Source: a virus. From it: a stretch of DNA of 64,000 nucleotides. The first letter of the stretch is position 1, and each line of letters opens with the position of its first letter. The translations under genes and the position numbers were made by a program. The DNA lies in the IMG/VR virus record IMGVR_UViG_3300045970_000065, positions 1-64,000 of that record; one strand, written 5' to 3'. Under the pieces are notes generated by a model, which made no database searches, had not been told where the DNA came from, and saw only the letters and a list, made by a program, of their open reading frames with translations. Of the stretch, positions 15,450-24,877 are shown in pieces.

Positions 15450-16278
15450 AGGACAGTCAGAAGTATATAAAGATCTGTTCATCGATAAGGAACATAGATT
15501 TGCTACTGTATGCTGTTCTCGAGGATGGGGAAAGTCATATATGGGAGCTACAAGTGCTGTAACAGCTGTATTCGAGTTATTAGAGTTAGATGAGAGTGTG
15601 CCTAATAAGAACGTGTTTATAATTGCGCCTACATATGACCAGGTAACTGATATTTACTTTCCCATTATCAATTATGATTTAGGAATCGAGAATTATTGCA
15701 TTAAAGCATACAGAGAGCAAGGTCGTTTTAAGTTTCCTAAAGGTGTAGAACTAAGGCTGCTCTCTTATGAAGCAGTAGAACGTGTTCGTGGTAAAGGTGC
15801 ATACTTTGCTGTATGGGATGAAGTATCATCTTGTAAGCGAGGCATTACACCTAGGGAAGCATGGGAAGATGTATTGCAACCTGCTATCATTACACGATGG
15901 TCACCTCGTAATGCTAAGTTTCTTGGTGCTAAATCGCCAGGTAGAATGTTAGCTATTGGTACACCTAAAGGCTACAATTACTTTCATGATCTATATGTTA
16001 AGGAAGAGGTTGATGCTAGATGGAAGTCCTATCACTTTGATTATAAGCAATCGCCCTTCTTGGACATTGATGAAATAGAAGCCTTAAGACATACACTCGA
16101 TCCTATTACATTTGCTTCTGAATACTTAGCGTCATTTGAAGAGTCAGGCAATAATGTATTCTATTGCTTTAAGCGTAAGATACACGTTAAAGCTGACATC
16201 GAATACTTTATTCCACCTGTGCCTGATAAGCGTGAGAAAGGTGAAGATGTACATGTATGCATAGACTTCAACGTCGGT
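15430..16278 (+). CDS. terL: Terminase large subunit, exon 1 (ATPase domain and start of nuclease domain)
   Basis: ATG 15430 after AAGGAG; Walker A-like CCSRGWGKSYMG, Walker B AYFAVWDEVSS, nuclease Asp motif VCIDFNVG at the exon end. The rest of track ORF (16279..16443) reads into intron sequence. Confidence 0.85.
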
Positions 16279-16993
16279 TATTTTTGGCTGACGATAAATC
16301 TGGTGAACTCGGGGGACATCCTTATAGGACAATCCCGAACCAAGCCCGTAAGGGAAGGCGTAACGACTATCCGAAAGGAGTACACTGGAAGTCCAGTGGA
16401 AGCGCCAGACAGATCAGGGAAAATCTCACATTCCACTAAATGATCTGAAGATATAGTCTGCTCTATATGGTAACATATAGCAGAGAGGAGTAATTATGAT
16501 AGATCCGTCAAAGTTAATTGTACCTAAATTTACAAGAGGCCAATTGAATTGTGATAATAAACGCAATCACAAACGATGTTATGTATGCCAAGAGTTGAAA
16601 CATGAATCAGAATACAGTGGTAATCGCACTAGATCTGATGGTCTACAAACATACTGTAAAGAATGCGGTAAAGCAAAACAATCACAATGGTATTATCAAA
16701 GAGTGCATAAAATTACCATAGAAGAAAGAGATTCGTATCTCGCTAAACAAGATTTTAAATGTGGTATATGTGGACAAACTATTGCATTTAGATTAAAAAA
16801 TGGTGCGGGAACGAATATTGGGAATGAAGCTGTATTGGATCATTGCCATACTTCTAAAAAGATACGTGGAGTTTTATGTGGTTTTTGTAATACAGGTTTA
16901 GGTGCTTTTAAGGATAATTCTTTCTCTTTAGAAAATGCTATCCAATACTTACTCAACTCGGTTGAGGATTAACGAACCTCAGCGAACACAATG
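16279..16993 (+). mobile_element. Group I intron in terL (715 nt) carrying a homing-endonuclease ORF
   Basis: Exon end CGTCGGT (16272..16278) pairs with intron GCTGACG (16287..16293), giving a U-G wobble at the splice site. Intron ends in G (16993). Core blocks are shared with the RNAP intron. Splicing restores the frame (VCIDFNVG|RMHASSF). Confidence 0.75.
16496..16972 (+). CDS. Intron-encoded HNH / endonuclease VII-family homing endonuclease
   Basis: ATG after GAGGAGTAATT; CGICGQ ... AVLDHCHTSKKIRGVLCGFCNTGLGAF (Endo VII / HNH beta-beta-alpha-metal motif); N-terminal CYVC ... CKEC zinc finger. Confidence 0.85.
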   Translation: MIDPSKLIVPKFTRGQLNCDNKRNHKRCYVCQELKHESEYSGNRTRSDGLQTYCKECGKAKQSQWYYQRVHKITIEERDSYLAKQDFKCGICGQTIAFRLKNGAGTNIGNEAVLDHCHTSKKIRGVLCGFCNTGLGAFKDNSFSLENAIQYLLNSVED

Positions 16994-17497
16994 CGAATGC
17001 ATGCTAGTTCTTTTGCCTTAAGAGGTCATCAAATGCAATTCCAAGATGAATTCTCAGGTCATCCTGATACTGAAATGCTTGGCATAGCACTTAAGACTAA
17101 ATATGAAGGTCATGATATCTATGCTTATCCTGACCCTACAGGGCGTTCTAGGAAGTCATCAGCATCAACAGGTATTACTGACTTTAAAATACTAGAGAAT
17201 ATGGGTATCACTTGTCTAGCACGTTCAGGATCGCCACCTATTATTGACTCAGTAGCAGCCGTCAATAAGAAACTTATGACAGCAGCTGGTGATGTAGCTA
17301 TGTACATACATCCTCGATGTACTAAGCTTATTCAATCAATGGAACGTACTAAGTGGCTCGATAATAACATGGATACAGCAACAATCGACAAAACAGAAAA
17401 TATGGAACATCCCTCTGATGGTGTCCGTTATGCCACAGAATATCTGTACCCAATTCAAAATACATTCAGTAGAGGTAAACGTGGATTCGCCTTCTAA
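16994..17497 (+). CDS. terL: Terminase large subunit, exon 2 (nuclease domain)
   Basis: In frame with track ORF 16991..17497; YAYPDPTGRSR, IHPRCTKLIQS, HPSDGVRYATEY typical of the terminase C-terminal RNase-H-like nuclease. Confidence 0.8.
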   Translation, partial: RMHASSFALRGHQMQFQDEFSGHPDTEMLGIALKTKYEGHDIYAYPDPTGRSRKSSASTGITDFKILENMGITCLARSGSPPIIDSVAAVNKKLMTAAGDVAMYIHPRCTKLIQSMERTKWLDNNMDTATIDKTENMEHPSDGVRYATEYLYPIQNTFSRGKRGFAF

Positions 17498-17506
17498 GGA
17501 GTAACT

Positions 17507-19591
17507 ATGCATATTTTTATTCACAATACTGGGGATCCTATACAAGGTCCTTCAGGACTACCTGCTGCTGATTGTGTTATTGTTGCTACATTAACTGATA
17601 CAGCCACAGGTTTAGAAACTAGTGTATGGGACACTATAGATAATGACCTAATTGCATCAACAGAAGTAATTGCCTCATGTGATTCTAATGGGGAAATCAT
17701 TTTAGAAAATGGATTATCTACTCTAAAATTATGGCCTAATGATCGTGGTGATAAACCTACGCATTATATTATAAAGGCACCCTTAGGTGAGTTTAATACT
17801 TTTAATGCAATAGTTTTATCAAGTCCTGCTACACAAACACTCATTCAGATTGCAGCACAAGTAACACCACTCACTACTCAAGAATTATCTGCCTTAGCTA
17901 CCCATGCATCTAGTCCTGTGCATAATCTCAATACAACTGTACTTAATAAAATTACTGAAGTTAATTCTTTACCTATATGGAATGGTGATCTATGGCCTGG
18001 TGGTGGTGGTGGTGGTGGAGGTGTAACTGATCATAACTATCTTACTAATAAAGGTACTAATACTCATTCTCAAATAGATACTGCTTTAACTAGATTAGCT
18101 ACTACTAGTGGCACTAATACAGGTGACCAAGTAATACCTATAACGCTTCCAGCTTCAGATGTAAGTGCATGGGCTAAGGCTTCAACAAAGCCTGTATATA
18201 CTGCCTCTGAAGTAGGTGCAGAAGTATCTGGTGCAGCGGCAGCGATAACGCTTTCAGGACTTGGAGGGGTTTCTACTAGTGATTCTCGTTTACACGCTAT
18301 AGGGAGCGATAATCAAGATTTATCTGGTCTAATGCCTAAGAATCTTGCAACCGCAGTAGATATGTCTTTAGTATCATCTGGTATTGGAACATGGATAGCT
18401 AAAACTCTTTCAGAATTTAAAACATGGCTCGGCCTTGGTAGCGCTGCGTATACAGCATCAGCAGATTATGCTACGGCAGACCAGGGCACTGATGCAAGAC
18501 CAGCTTCTGATGTTTCAGCATGGGCGAAGGCAGGCACAAAACCTACTTATAATTATACTGAGGTAGGAGCAGACGCAGCAGGAGCAGCAGCAGCTATAAC
18601 GCTCTCCGGTCTTGGGGGCATTACTTCTTCCTCTGCCGTAGCCCCCAACACAGCAATCACCCCCGGCACCAAGACCAAGATCACCTACGACGCCAAGGGT
18701 CTCGTCACGGCAGGCGCAGACGCAACGGCGGCGGATGTAGGAGCAGCAGCAACAGGGGCAATCGGTTCCTCTGGCCTGACGATGACAACCGAGAAAATCT
18801 TGGGGCGCAGTACGGCATCAACGGGAGCGGTGGAAGAACTTGATTTCTCTTTTGTGGCTGGTATTAACTGGCGAGCAGGGGAAATAAGTATCACTTCGAC
18901 CGCCACCGCTACCCTTGGCAGGATGCACGTATGCAGCGGTACGACCTCCGACTATACCATTACCCTGCCTGCTGTCAGTGGCAACGCTGGTAAGTTCGCT
19001 GCATTTCGGATCGCCACAGCCTGTACCAAACTCATTACACTGGACGGCAACAGCACAGAACTGATTGACGGACTCGCAACCCGTATTATGTGGGCTGGTG
19101 AAAACTGTCTCTTGTATTGCGACGGGACGCAGTGGACTAAGTTGGCAGGGCGCAGTATTCCTATGTCTTGTAAAATGCATATCGCAGGAGCGCAGAATTT
19201 TTCATCTGGAGTATCAACAAAAATAAAATTAGACACTATTGACTATGCTTATCCTGCTATATTCGCAAATAATTCAACGAACAACTGGAAAGCAATAGCG
19301 CCACGTGCTAGTAATTATTTTGTACTTTTTATTGCTTCAACAAACGGAAATAATGCAAGTAACTGCACATGGGCCAATATTGTCGGGTTTAATGCCTCAG
19401 TATACCTAAGCCAAAATACAGATATTTCAGCAAATAAGATAGCAACAGCTAGTTTTAGTATTATATATTCAGTAGGAACAAACGAATCAATAGAAGGTTA
19501 TATTAATTACAGTGCTGGTTCGTTTACTACTTCAGTTATATATGCTACAAACGGAGCTATTCTTTCCATCACGGAGATACCAGCATGGTAA
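17507..19591 (+). CDS. Tail fibre protein (mosaic)
   Basis: Gly8 linker (17999..18022). Two 42-aa repeats PASDVSAWAKA.TKP.Y...EVGA....GAAAAITLSGLGG (18149.. and 18500..). KITYDAKGLVTAG fibre-type motif. AT-rich C-terminal jelly-roll-like domain. Confidence 0.75.
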   Translation: MHIFIHNTGDPIQGPSGLPAADCVIVATLTDTATGLETSVWDTIDNDLIASTEVIASCDSNGEIILENGLSTLKLWPNDRGDKPTHYIIKAPLGEFNTFNAIVLSSPATQTLIQIAAQVTPLTTQELSALATHASSPVHNLNTTVLNKITEVNSLPIWNGDLWPGGGGGGGGVTDHNYLTNKGTNTHSQIDTALTRLATTSGTNTGDQVIPITLPASDVSAWAKASTKPVYTASEVGAEVSGAAAAITLSGLGGVSTSDSRLHAIGSDNQDLSGLMPKNLATAVDMSLVSSGIGTWIAKTLSEFKTWLGLGSAAYTASADYATADQGTDARPASDVSAWAKAGTKPTYNYTEVGADAAGAAAAITLSGLGGITSSSAVAPNTAITPGTKTKITYDAKGLVTAGADATAADVGAAATGAIGSSGLTMTTEKILGRSTASTGAVEELDFSFVAGINWRAGEISITSTATATLGRMHVCSGTTSDYTITLPAVSGNAGKFAAFRIATACTKLITLDGNSTELIDGLATRIMWAGENCLLYCDGTQWTKLAGRSIPMSCKMHIAGAQNFSSGVSTKIKLDTIDYAYPAIFANNSTNNWKAIAPRASNYFVLFIASTNGNNASNCTWANIVGFNASVYLSQNTDISANKIATASFSIIYSVGTNESIEGYINYSAGSFTTSVIYATNGAILSITEIPAW

Positions 19592-19911
19592 TGTCTAAAT
19601 ATCGAGACGATTCAGATGGAAGGGGAGTGTATTGGGACGGTACGCCGGAAGAGGAAGCGGCTTATTTGGCGCAAACTCCTGATGTACCAACCTCCCTCAC
19701 CCGCAGACAGGCGAAGTTAATTCTCTTGCAATACGGGTTATTGGATGGAGTTGAAGGAATCGTCACCACCTTGCCCCGCGCGGCACAAATTGAGTATGCC
19801 GACGCGCTCTATTTTGAACGGAGCAACCCACTGATTCAGATGGTAGCACAAGCAGCCAGTATGACCGACGCGCAGTTGAATGAGATGTTTATCGCAGGTA
19901 ACCTTCTCTAA
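19585..19911 (+). CDS. Fibre-associated small protein (possible assembly factor)
   Basis: ORF track; overlaps fibre stop; G+C-richer codon usage like the central part of the fibre gene. Confidence 0.5.
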   Translation: MVMSKYRDDSDGRGVYWDGTPEEEAAYLAQTPDVPTSLTRRQAKLILLQYGLLDGVEGIVTTLPRAAQIEYADALYFERSNPLIQMVAQAASMTDAQLNEMFIAGNLL

Positions 19912-19921
19912 AGGAGTAATT

Positions 19922-20425
19922 ATGCAAGTACCGCAGTTTCAAGATGGATCTATTAGCGGTTGGAACATGACTCTTAACGTGTGCAGTTTGAACGGCACAC
20001 AATACCCGGCAAAGCCGGTAGCTGACCATCCGAGATTTGAATTTGCCACAATGCCAAGTGGAAAACCAGGATTGAAGTTGCATCCTGGTAAATACTTGAT
20101 GTTGGCAAATGGACCTACAAGTCCTGAGCACAATGAAACAAATAAATATTGGATAGATAAAACTGTCTATAGCAAAGGTGGTGAGGTTACTCTTTCAGTT
20201 CTCTGTCAAAGCCAAAATAATGGTTTCATGACAATCTACTTGAAGACAGATAAGTTTGACGAGATAGGCTGTGGAAATAAAGTAGCTACAGGTTATGGTA
20301 CAGCTTGGATGCCTTTGAGATTCATGATACCTACTGGTCGATGTGTTATCAGTCTGTTCTTCTCAGGCGACGCCATGCAAACAGGCGCTGATATGAGCAT
20401 TGATAGATTCTTTATTCCAGAATGA
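19922..20425 (+). CDS. Hypothetical beta-sandwich-like protein (possible carbohydrate-binding)
   Basis: ATG 19922 after AAAGGAGTAATT; composition suggests a jelly-roll; no firm motif. Confidence 0.5.
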   Translation: MQVPQFQDGSISGWNMTLNVCSLNGTQYPAKPVADHPRFEFATMPSGKPGLKLHPGKYLMLANGPTSPEHNETNKYWIDKTVYSKGGEVTLSVLCQSQNNGFMTIYLKTDKFDEIGCGNKVATGYGTAWMPLRFMIPTGRCVISLFFSGDAMQTGADMSIDRFFIPE

Positions 20426-20751
20426 CCGATCAAGCATTAATCCTGGAAATGTTTTTAAGCATTCACACAAGGCTAGATAAAATGCACTTTAGCCTTACGG
20501 CTCTGCACGCAGCAGTGAATAGTATAAACCAAAAGGAAAAGATCATGACAGCACAATTGGCAGCACTTCAGGCTCAGGTCGCGGAAAACACTGCTGTAGA
20601 AACTAGCGCAGTTACCCTCATTCAGGGTATTGCTGCACAACTCGCTGCTGCTCAGGATGATCCTGCTGCAGTTGCAGCCTTGGTGGATCAGTTGAATGCT
20701 TCAGCCGATGCATTGGCGGCTGCTGTTTCAGCTAACACCACAGCTGTTTAA
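20422..20751 (+). CDS. Ala-rich coiled-coil protein
   Basis: ORF track; AQLAALQAQVAENTAVE ... LAAAQDDPAAVAALVDQLNASADALAAAVSANT. Confidence 0.55.
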   Translation: MTDQALILEMFLSIHTRLDKMHFSLTALHAAVNSINQKEKIMTAQLAALQAQVAENTAVETSAVTLIQGIAAQLAAAQDDPAAVAALVDQLNASADALAAAVSANTTAV

Positions 20752-20762
20752 CAATTCTACAA

Positions 20763-20788
20763 AGCGGCTATCCTTAAGGGTAGCCGCT
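20763..20788 (+). terminator. Hairpin (weak terminator or RNA-stability element)
   Basis: AGCGGCTA (20763..20770) pairs with TAGCCGCT (20781..20788), then TATT. Confidence 0.45.
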
Positions 20789-20801
20789 TATTGAGGTTAC
20801 T

Positions 20802-21188
20802 ATGGAACTTAGTCCAATGTATCGTGGCGATAGTCGTATTATACGTATGACTACAACCACTAATTTATATGGCGGTAAACTTTACTTCATCGTTAAGGAA
20901 TTGGAAACAGATGAGGATAATAAGGCGTTACTTAATAAAGAATGGGATCTAGATACGCCTGTAAGTAATCAGGTCTTCGGTGCTACCATTGAACTGTTCC
21001 CTCAGGAGACCGACTTATTTACGTTAGGAAGTGTTTTTGTAGGTATCGAATATGTGGCTGCACCAGTCTTAGTGCCACCTATCACAGGTGTAGAAGTATA
21101 TAGGACATATACAATCTATGCAGGAACAATGAAAGTAAATAGAGATCTACGTCGTAGAGTAGGTTTCGGGATAACACCCCATGCTTGA
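20802..21188 (+). CDS. Hypothetical protein
   Basis: ORF track, 128 aa. Confidence 0.55.
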   Translation: MELSPMYRGDSRIIRMTTTTNLYGGKLYFIVKELETDEDNKALLNKEWDLDTPVSNQVFGATIELFPQETDLFTLGSVFVGIEYVAAPVLVPPITGVEVYRTYTIYAGTMKVNRDLRRRVGFGITPHA

Positions 21189-21546
21189 TATTTCAGATGT
21201 AACACCTAGTATGGCATTTACATTAGCAGAAACAGGTGGTGTTGCAACTACATTTACAGATATAGTTCCCGATGTCCTTGTTTCAGTCATTAACCCTATA
21301 CAAACCGTCAATGTACAAATTGGTGAAGGTGGTTTTGCCTTGGATAGAAGTACTATATTTTACGAATTAGGAATATATGTTGGTGACCAAATACCATCAT
21401 TAATAACTTATTCGGAATGGTTAAATGGAGGTGTAGGTTATTGGACATATTGGGGTGCTAATCAAACAGTAATACCACCAGTAACACAGACAACTACGCA
21501 TTATTTTCGACCTTGGTATCCAGCAAACATAACAGGTTTCTTTTAA
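21181..21546 (+). CDS. Hypothetical protein
   Basis: ORF track, overlaps previous stop. Confidence 0.55.
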   Translation: MLDISDVTPSMAFTLAETGGVATTFTDIVPDVLVSVINPIQTVNVQIGEGGFALDRSTIFYELGIYVGDQIPSLITYSEWLNGGVGYWTYWGANQTVIPPVTQTTTHYFRPWYPANITGFF

Positions 21547-21557
21547 TGGAGGTAATA

Positions 21558-23771
21558 ATGAAACAATTTTTTCTGTTGATACTAATTAGTATTTTAAGTG
21601 TGAATACGGTGCAAGCTGCAAAATGTACCAGTACTGCTACAGGTAATTGGTCAGCTCCTTCGACCTGGAGTGGTTGCGGAGGTACAGGCGTTCCTGGTAC
21701 AGGTGCTTTTGCTAATTATTCAGCAGTAGTGCATGGAGGTCATACCGTAACTCTAGATGACACACGCACTATTTATGCCACGAATGTTGGAGATACCACA
21801 GCAAATCCAGCTATTTTAACTATTGGAAATAACACAACACCTATAACAATAACCATGCAAGGTGATATGAAGTGGTTTGTTAATAACGCTGCTAGTACTG
21901 TCAATATGAATTCTGGAGCAGGCTTGACTATTAACATGTCAACAGCACTTATTCCAGATGTGTATTTTATACCAGGAGACTGGAATGCTGGTCTTGCAAC
22001 CTGGAATATAACAGGTACCCCAACCCAGAGAGTTTATATAAATGGTGTAACAGGTCATTCTGGATTTCATACGCTTTATTCTGGGTTTTCTACAAATACA
22101 GATGTGTATTGGGATTACGTCTCAATGATTGACTTGGTACCTAATCAAACTCCATATAGGTATTCAAACTTAATTCAATCCGGTCAGACAGCCAATAGAA
22201 CAGTATCAATAAATCACTCATTGTTTAAGAATTGTGGTTATATTGTAATTGGTATTAATCAGGGTCAATCAGCTAGTTTGAATATAAAAGTTAAAAATTC
22301 TGATTTTAGAGAGATGACCGCTGCGGGTGCTACTAACGCGGGTACTATAATGATTCCTGGTTTTGGTCTTCAATTCGCTAAATTATCCACAAACGTTACA
22401 GGGGAAGTTTCTCTTGAGAATAACACATTCTATGGTTCTGCTGCGGCTGTCTTTGCTACTGGAGCAACAACTACCATAAGCGGTAATGTTTATTATGATG
22501 GAGTTACTTGGATGACTTCACCTATAACAGAAACTAATGCCACATATTACTTAAGCTCTAACATTGCTTCCGGTTCAGCAGCTTTCTTTGCCAGACTTGG
22601 TAGCAAAATGATAAATTCTTTATTCTTTTCTGACTCTCCGAATACACATTGGATGGCCACTTCTGCTGCTACTGGTGCACCTTTTGAATTTGCTTATAAT
22701 GTTGTTGACTCATTAGATGCTATGGATAATTTTGACATGACATTTAATTCATTCGATATACATCATAATTATTTTATTGGACCTATTCAAGCAATAGAAA
22801 TTCACGGCACCCTTGGAGCAACAACTGAAGCAGGAGTTGTTAGCAGGTGGTGGAATAATACATATATACCACATACACCCAGTTGTGGATTGTCTTACCT
22901 TGGTCTATTTTCAAGGCATGAACTTGCTGGAACGTATAGTAATTATCAGATATGGAATAATTTGTTCATTGATGAGAGTTCAGATTCATGTACTCAATAC
23001 ATGATTTCTGGAACAATGCTTGGTACTGGAGAAATGTTTAGTTACAAATATCTTGACTACAACGCTTTCTATACTTCAAAGACAGATAAGACAACGGCTA
23101 AGTTTGTTGATTATACTGTAAGTAGAGTTCCAACAGTCAGTACTCCAGTTCCTACAAATGTAGGCGTAAATGATATTTCCATCGGTCAGAATTACAACCA
23201 AGCAGCTACTATAGTTTACGATATAAAAATAATTGACGGTTCTTCAACGCCAAATACTTATGCTTGGCGAAAAGATGGCGGCACATGGTCTACGACTACA
23301 CCAGTAAGTACAGCTTACGTTACCATTGATAATCAAATTGCTGTTAAGTGGGGCGCTACGACTGGGCATACCACTAATGGGACATGGACTTTTACTGCTA
23401 GTTATCTCACGAGAGGTCAAGACGGTTTTGCAGCTCATGATATACCAGCTACTGCATTAAATAATCCAGGTTTTGCTAGTGGTGGAACAAATCGTATTTT
23501 TAATTACAATGGACTCAGTACACGCCTAGCATTAATTCAAGAAATGATGAAGAAAAATGGTCATGATTATTCAGGTAATCCAACAACATTTAACAGTCTT
23601 TATGAGGCATCTCTTATAAAAGCATGGATAGTTTCACAGAATATACCAACTAATGCTCAATTAATAGGAACAGGACGCGACGGATCGTTTATTGGTGCGT
23701 ATCAACCAATTCCACCAATTCCTAGTCAGAGTATATTTCAACGAATCTTCAAGTCACGTATTTTTAAATAA
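21558..23771 (+). CDS. Right-handed beta-helix protein with N-terminal signal peptide (depolymerase-like)
   Basis: ATG 21558 after GGAGGTAATA; MKQFFLLILISILSVNTVQA|AKC signal peptide; GNWSAPSTWSGCGG ... HGGHTVTLDD entry motif; many N/T/G-rich repeats typical of pectate-lyase-fold proteins. Confidence 0.6.
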   Translation: MKQFFLLILISILSVNTVQAAKCTSTATGNWSAPSTWSGCGGTGVPGTGAFANYSAVVHGGHTVTLDDTRTIYATNVGDTTANPAILTIGNNTTPITITMQGDMKWFVNNAASTVNMNSGAGLTINMSTALIPDVYFIPGDWNAGLATWNITGTPTQRVYINGVTGHSGFHTLYSGFSTNTDVYWDYVSMIDLVPNQTPYRYSNLIQSGQTANRTVSINHSLFKNCGYIVIGINQGQSASLNIKVKNSDFREMTAAGATNAGTIMIPGFGLQFAKLSTNVTGEVSLENNTFYGSAAAVFATGATTTISGNVYYDGVTWMTSPITETNATYYLSSNIASGSAAFFARLGSKMINSLFFSDSPNTHWMATSAATGAPFEFAYNVVDSLDAMDNFDMTFNSFDIHHNYFIGPIQAIEIHGTLGATTEAGVVSRWWNNTYIPHTPSCGLSYLGLFSRHELAGTYSNYQIWNNLFIDESSDSCTQYMISGTMLGTGEMFSYKYLDYNAFYTSKTDKTTAKFVDYTVSRVPTVSTPVPTNVGVNDISIGQNYNQAATIVYDIKIIDGSSTPNTYAWRKDGGTWSTTTPVSTAYVTIDNQIAVKWGATTGHTTNGTWTFTASYLTRGQDGFAAHDIPATALNNPGFASGGTNRIFNYNGLSTRLALIQEMMKKNGHDYSGNPTTFNSLYEASLIKAWIVSQNIPTNAQLIGTGRDGSFIGAYQPIPPIPSQSIFQRIFKSRIFK

Positions 23772-23781
23772 GGAGCTAACT

Positions 23782-24291
23782 ATGCTTGGTAAACCTGGGG
23801 CGACTATACCCCTTTTAAGTACTACCGCAGATCCCGCCACAGGTGGAGGATTGGATCCTTCTACATTAACTTGGATTATACGAAGGAATGGAATTGATAT
23901 TACTTTAAGTAGTTTTGTAAGTACTAATACAGATATTGGTGCAGGAATCACTTCTGCGTCATTTGTAATCCCTTCCAATTCTGTGGAAGGTGATCAAATC
24001 CAAGTAATTGAAACTGCTACTGTAAGCAGTATTACAGCTTCTAGTGTGAATTGTCGATTGACAGTTGTAACAGCATTTCCTGGCGAAATCTATGCTAGAC
24101 TTGGTGCACCTGCAGGAGCAAGTATTGCAGCAGATGTAGTCTTACGAAAACCATTCGATTATCCTTTAACTTCATCTCCAATTACTTACAACGCAAATGG
24201 AGATATTCAGACAGTTCACTTTGCCAGTGGAAAGATTCATACTTATTCCTATAATGGTTCTTTCAAACTGTTGGGAATAACAGAATCATAG
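23782..24291 (+). CDS. Hypothetical protein
   Basis: ATG 23782 after TAAGGAGCTAAC (in frame with track ORF 23692..24291). Confidence 0.55.
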   Translation: MLGKPGATIPLLSTTADPATGGGLDPSTLTWIIRRNGIDITLSSFVSTNTDIGAGITSASFVIPSNSVEGDQIQVIETATVSSITASSVNCRLTVVTAFPGEIYARLGAPAGASIAADVVLRKPFDYPLTSSPITYNANGDIQTVHFASGKIHTYSYNGSFKLLGITES

Positions 24292-24299
24292 GAGTTGTG

Positions 24300-24671
24300 A
24301 TGTCCTCCACCGATGATATGAAGATGTATGAGCACAATGAAAAATTTCCGGGGGAGAATCATAATCGAAGATCAACAGATATCGTCGATCCGGCTACAGG
24401 TCACAATCAAGATAGTATGATGATTGCTCTTGAAGGCCTTACAAAAGATGTAGGCTGGATAAAATCAGGACTACTTTGGGCAGGAGGTGTAGTGGGAGGA
24501 GCTACTGTTATTATAATCGGTGTGGTTATTACATACACAGTATCTGTTCACAGCGATATAGATCTCTTACAAACTAAGGTAGCACATTACGAAGAAATAG
24601 CAAAACAACATCATAGTTCAGCAGGTTGTCATTTGGTAATTCCACACTCCACTCCGGAGGTGCCACATTGA
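24300..24671 (+). CDS. Membrane protein, single central TM (lysis-cassette member)
   Basis: ATG 24300 after AGGAG; TM LLWAGGVVGGATVIIIGVVITY. Confidence 0.5.
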   Translation: MSSTDDMKMYEHNEKFPGENHNRRSTDIVDPATGHNQDSMMIALEGLTKDVGWIKSGLLWAGGVVGGATVIIIGVVITYTVSVHSDIDLLQTKVAHYEEIAKQHHSSAGCHLVIPHSTPEVPH

Positions 24672-24877
24672 TAAAAATACTCGGAATCGTGTTATTTCTC
24701 TCCATTCTGTGGTTATTGTTGTTCACGTGGTATTCAGATCATAAATTAAGGCACTTGGAGGATACATTGACTAATACCATTTGTCCATATGGACATCTCG
24801 CAGAGTATTGTCCTCAGGTTCAGAAACATGGCATCGCATGGCACTTGTATAACTGTCCCTTACGTGCTTCAAAATGA
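24668..24877 (+). CDS. Small membrane protein (TTG start; lysis-cassette member)
   Basis: TTG 24668 seven nt after GGAGG, overlapping upstream stop; N-terminal TM ILGIVLFLSILWLLLF. Confidence 0.4.
   Translation: MIKILGIVLFLSILWLLLFTWYSDHKLRHLEDTLTNTICPYGHLAEYCPQVQKHGIAWHLYNCPLRASK

Noticed and set aside
16279-16443. Apparent 55-aa C-terminal tail of the terL ORF (YFWLTINLVNSGD...)
   Set aside because: The sequence is the 5' part of the group I intron. It is homologous at the nucleotide level to the RNAP intron, and terminase similarity stops at 16278.
17999-18022. (GGT)6-GGA-GGT tract as a possible phase-variable repeat in the fibre gene
   Set aside because: The repeat unit is a trinucleotide, so slippage would only change the length of the Gly8 linker and not the reading frame. 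There is no evidence of a switch.
18149-18625. Repeated segments in the fibre gene as a possible diversity-generating retroelement (VR/TR pair)
   Set aside because: Both copies are in-frame parts of the same ORF, 117 codons apart, so this is a domain duplication. Differences are not confined to adenine positions, and no reverse transcriptase gene is present in the window.
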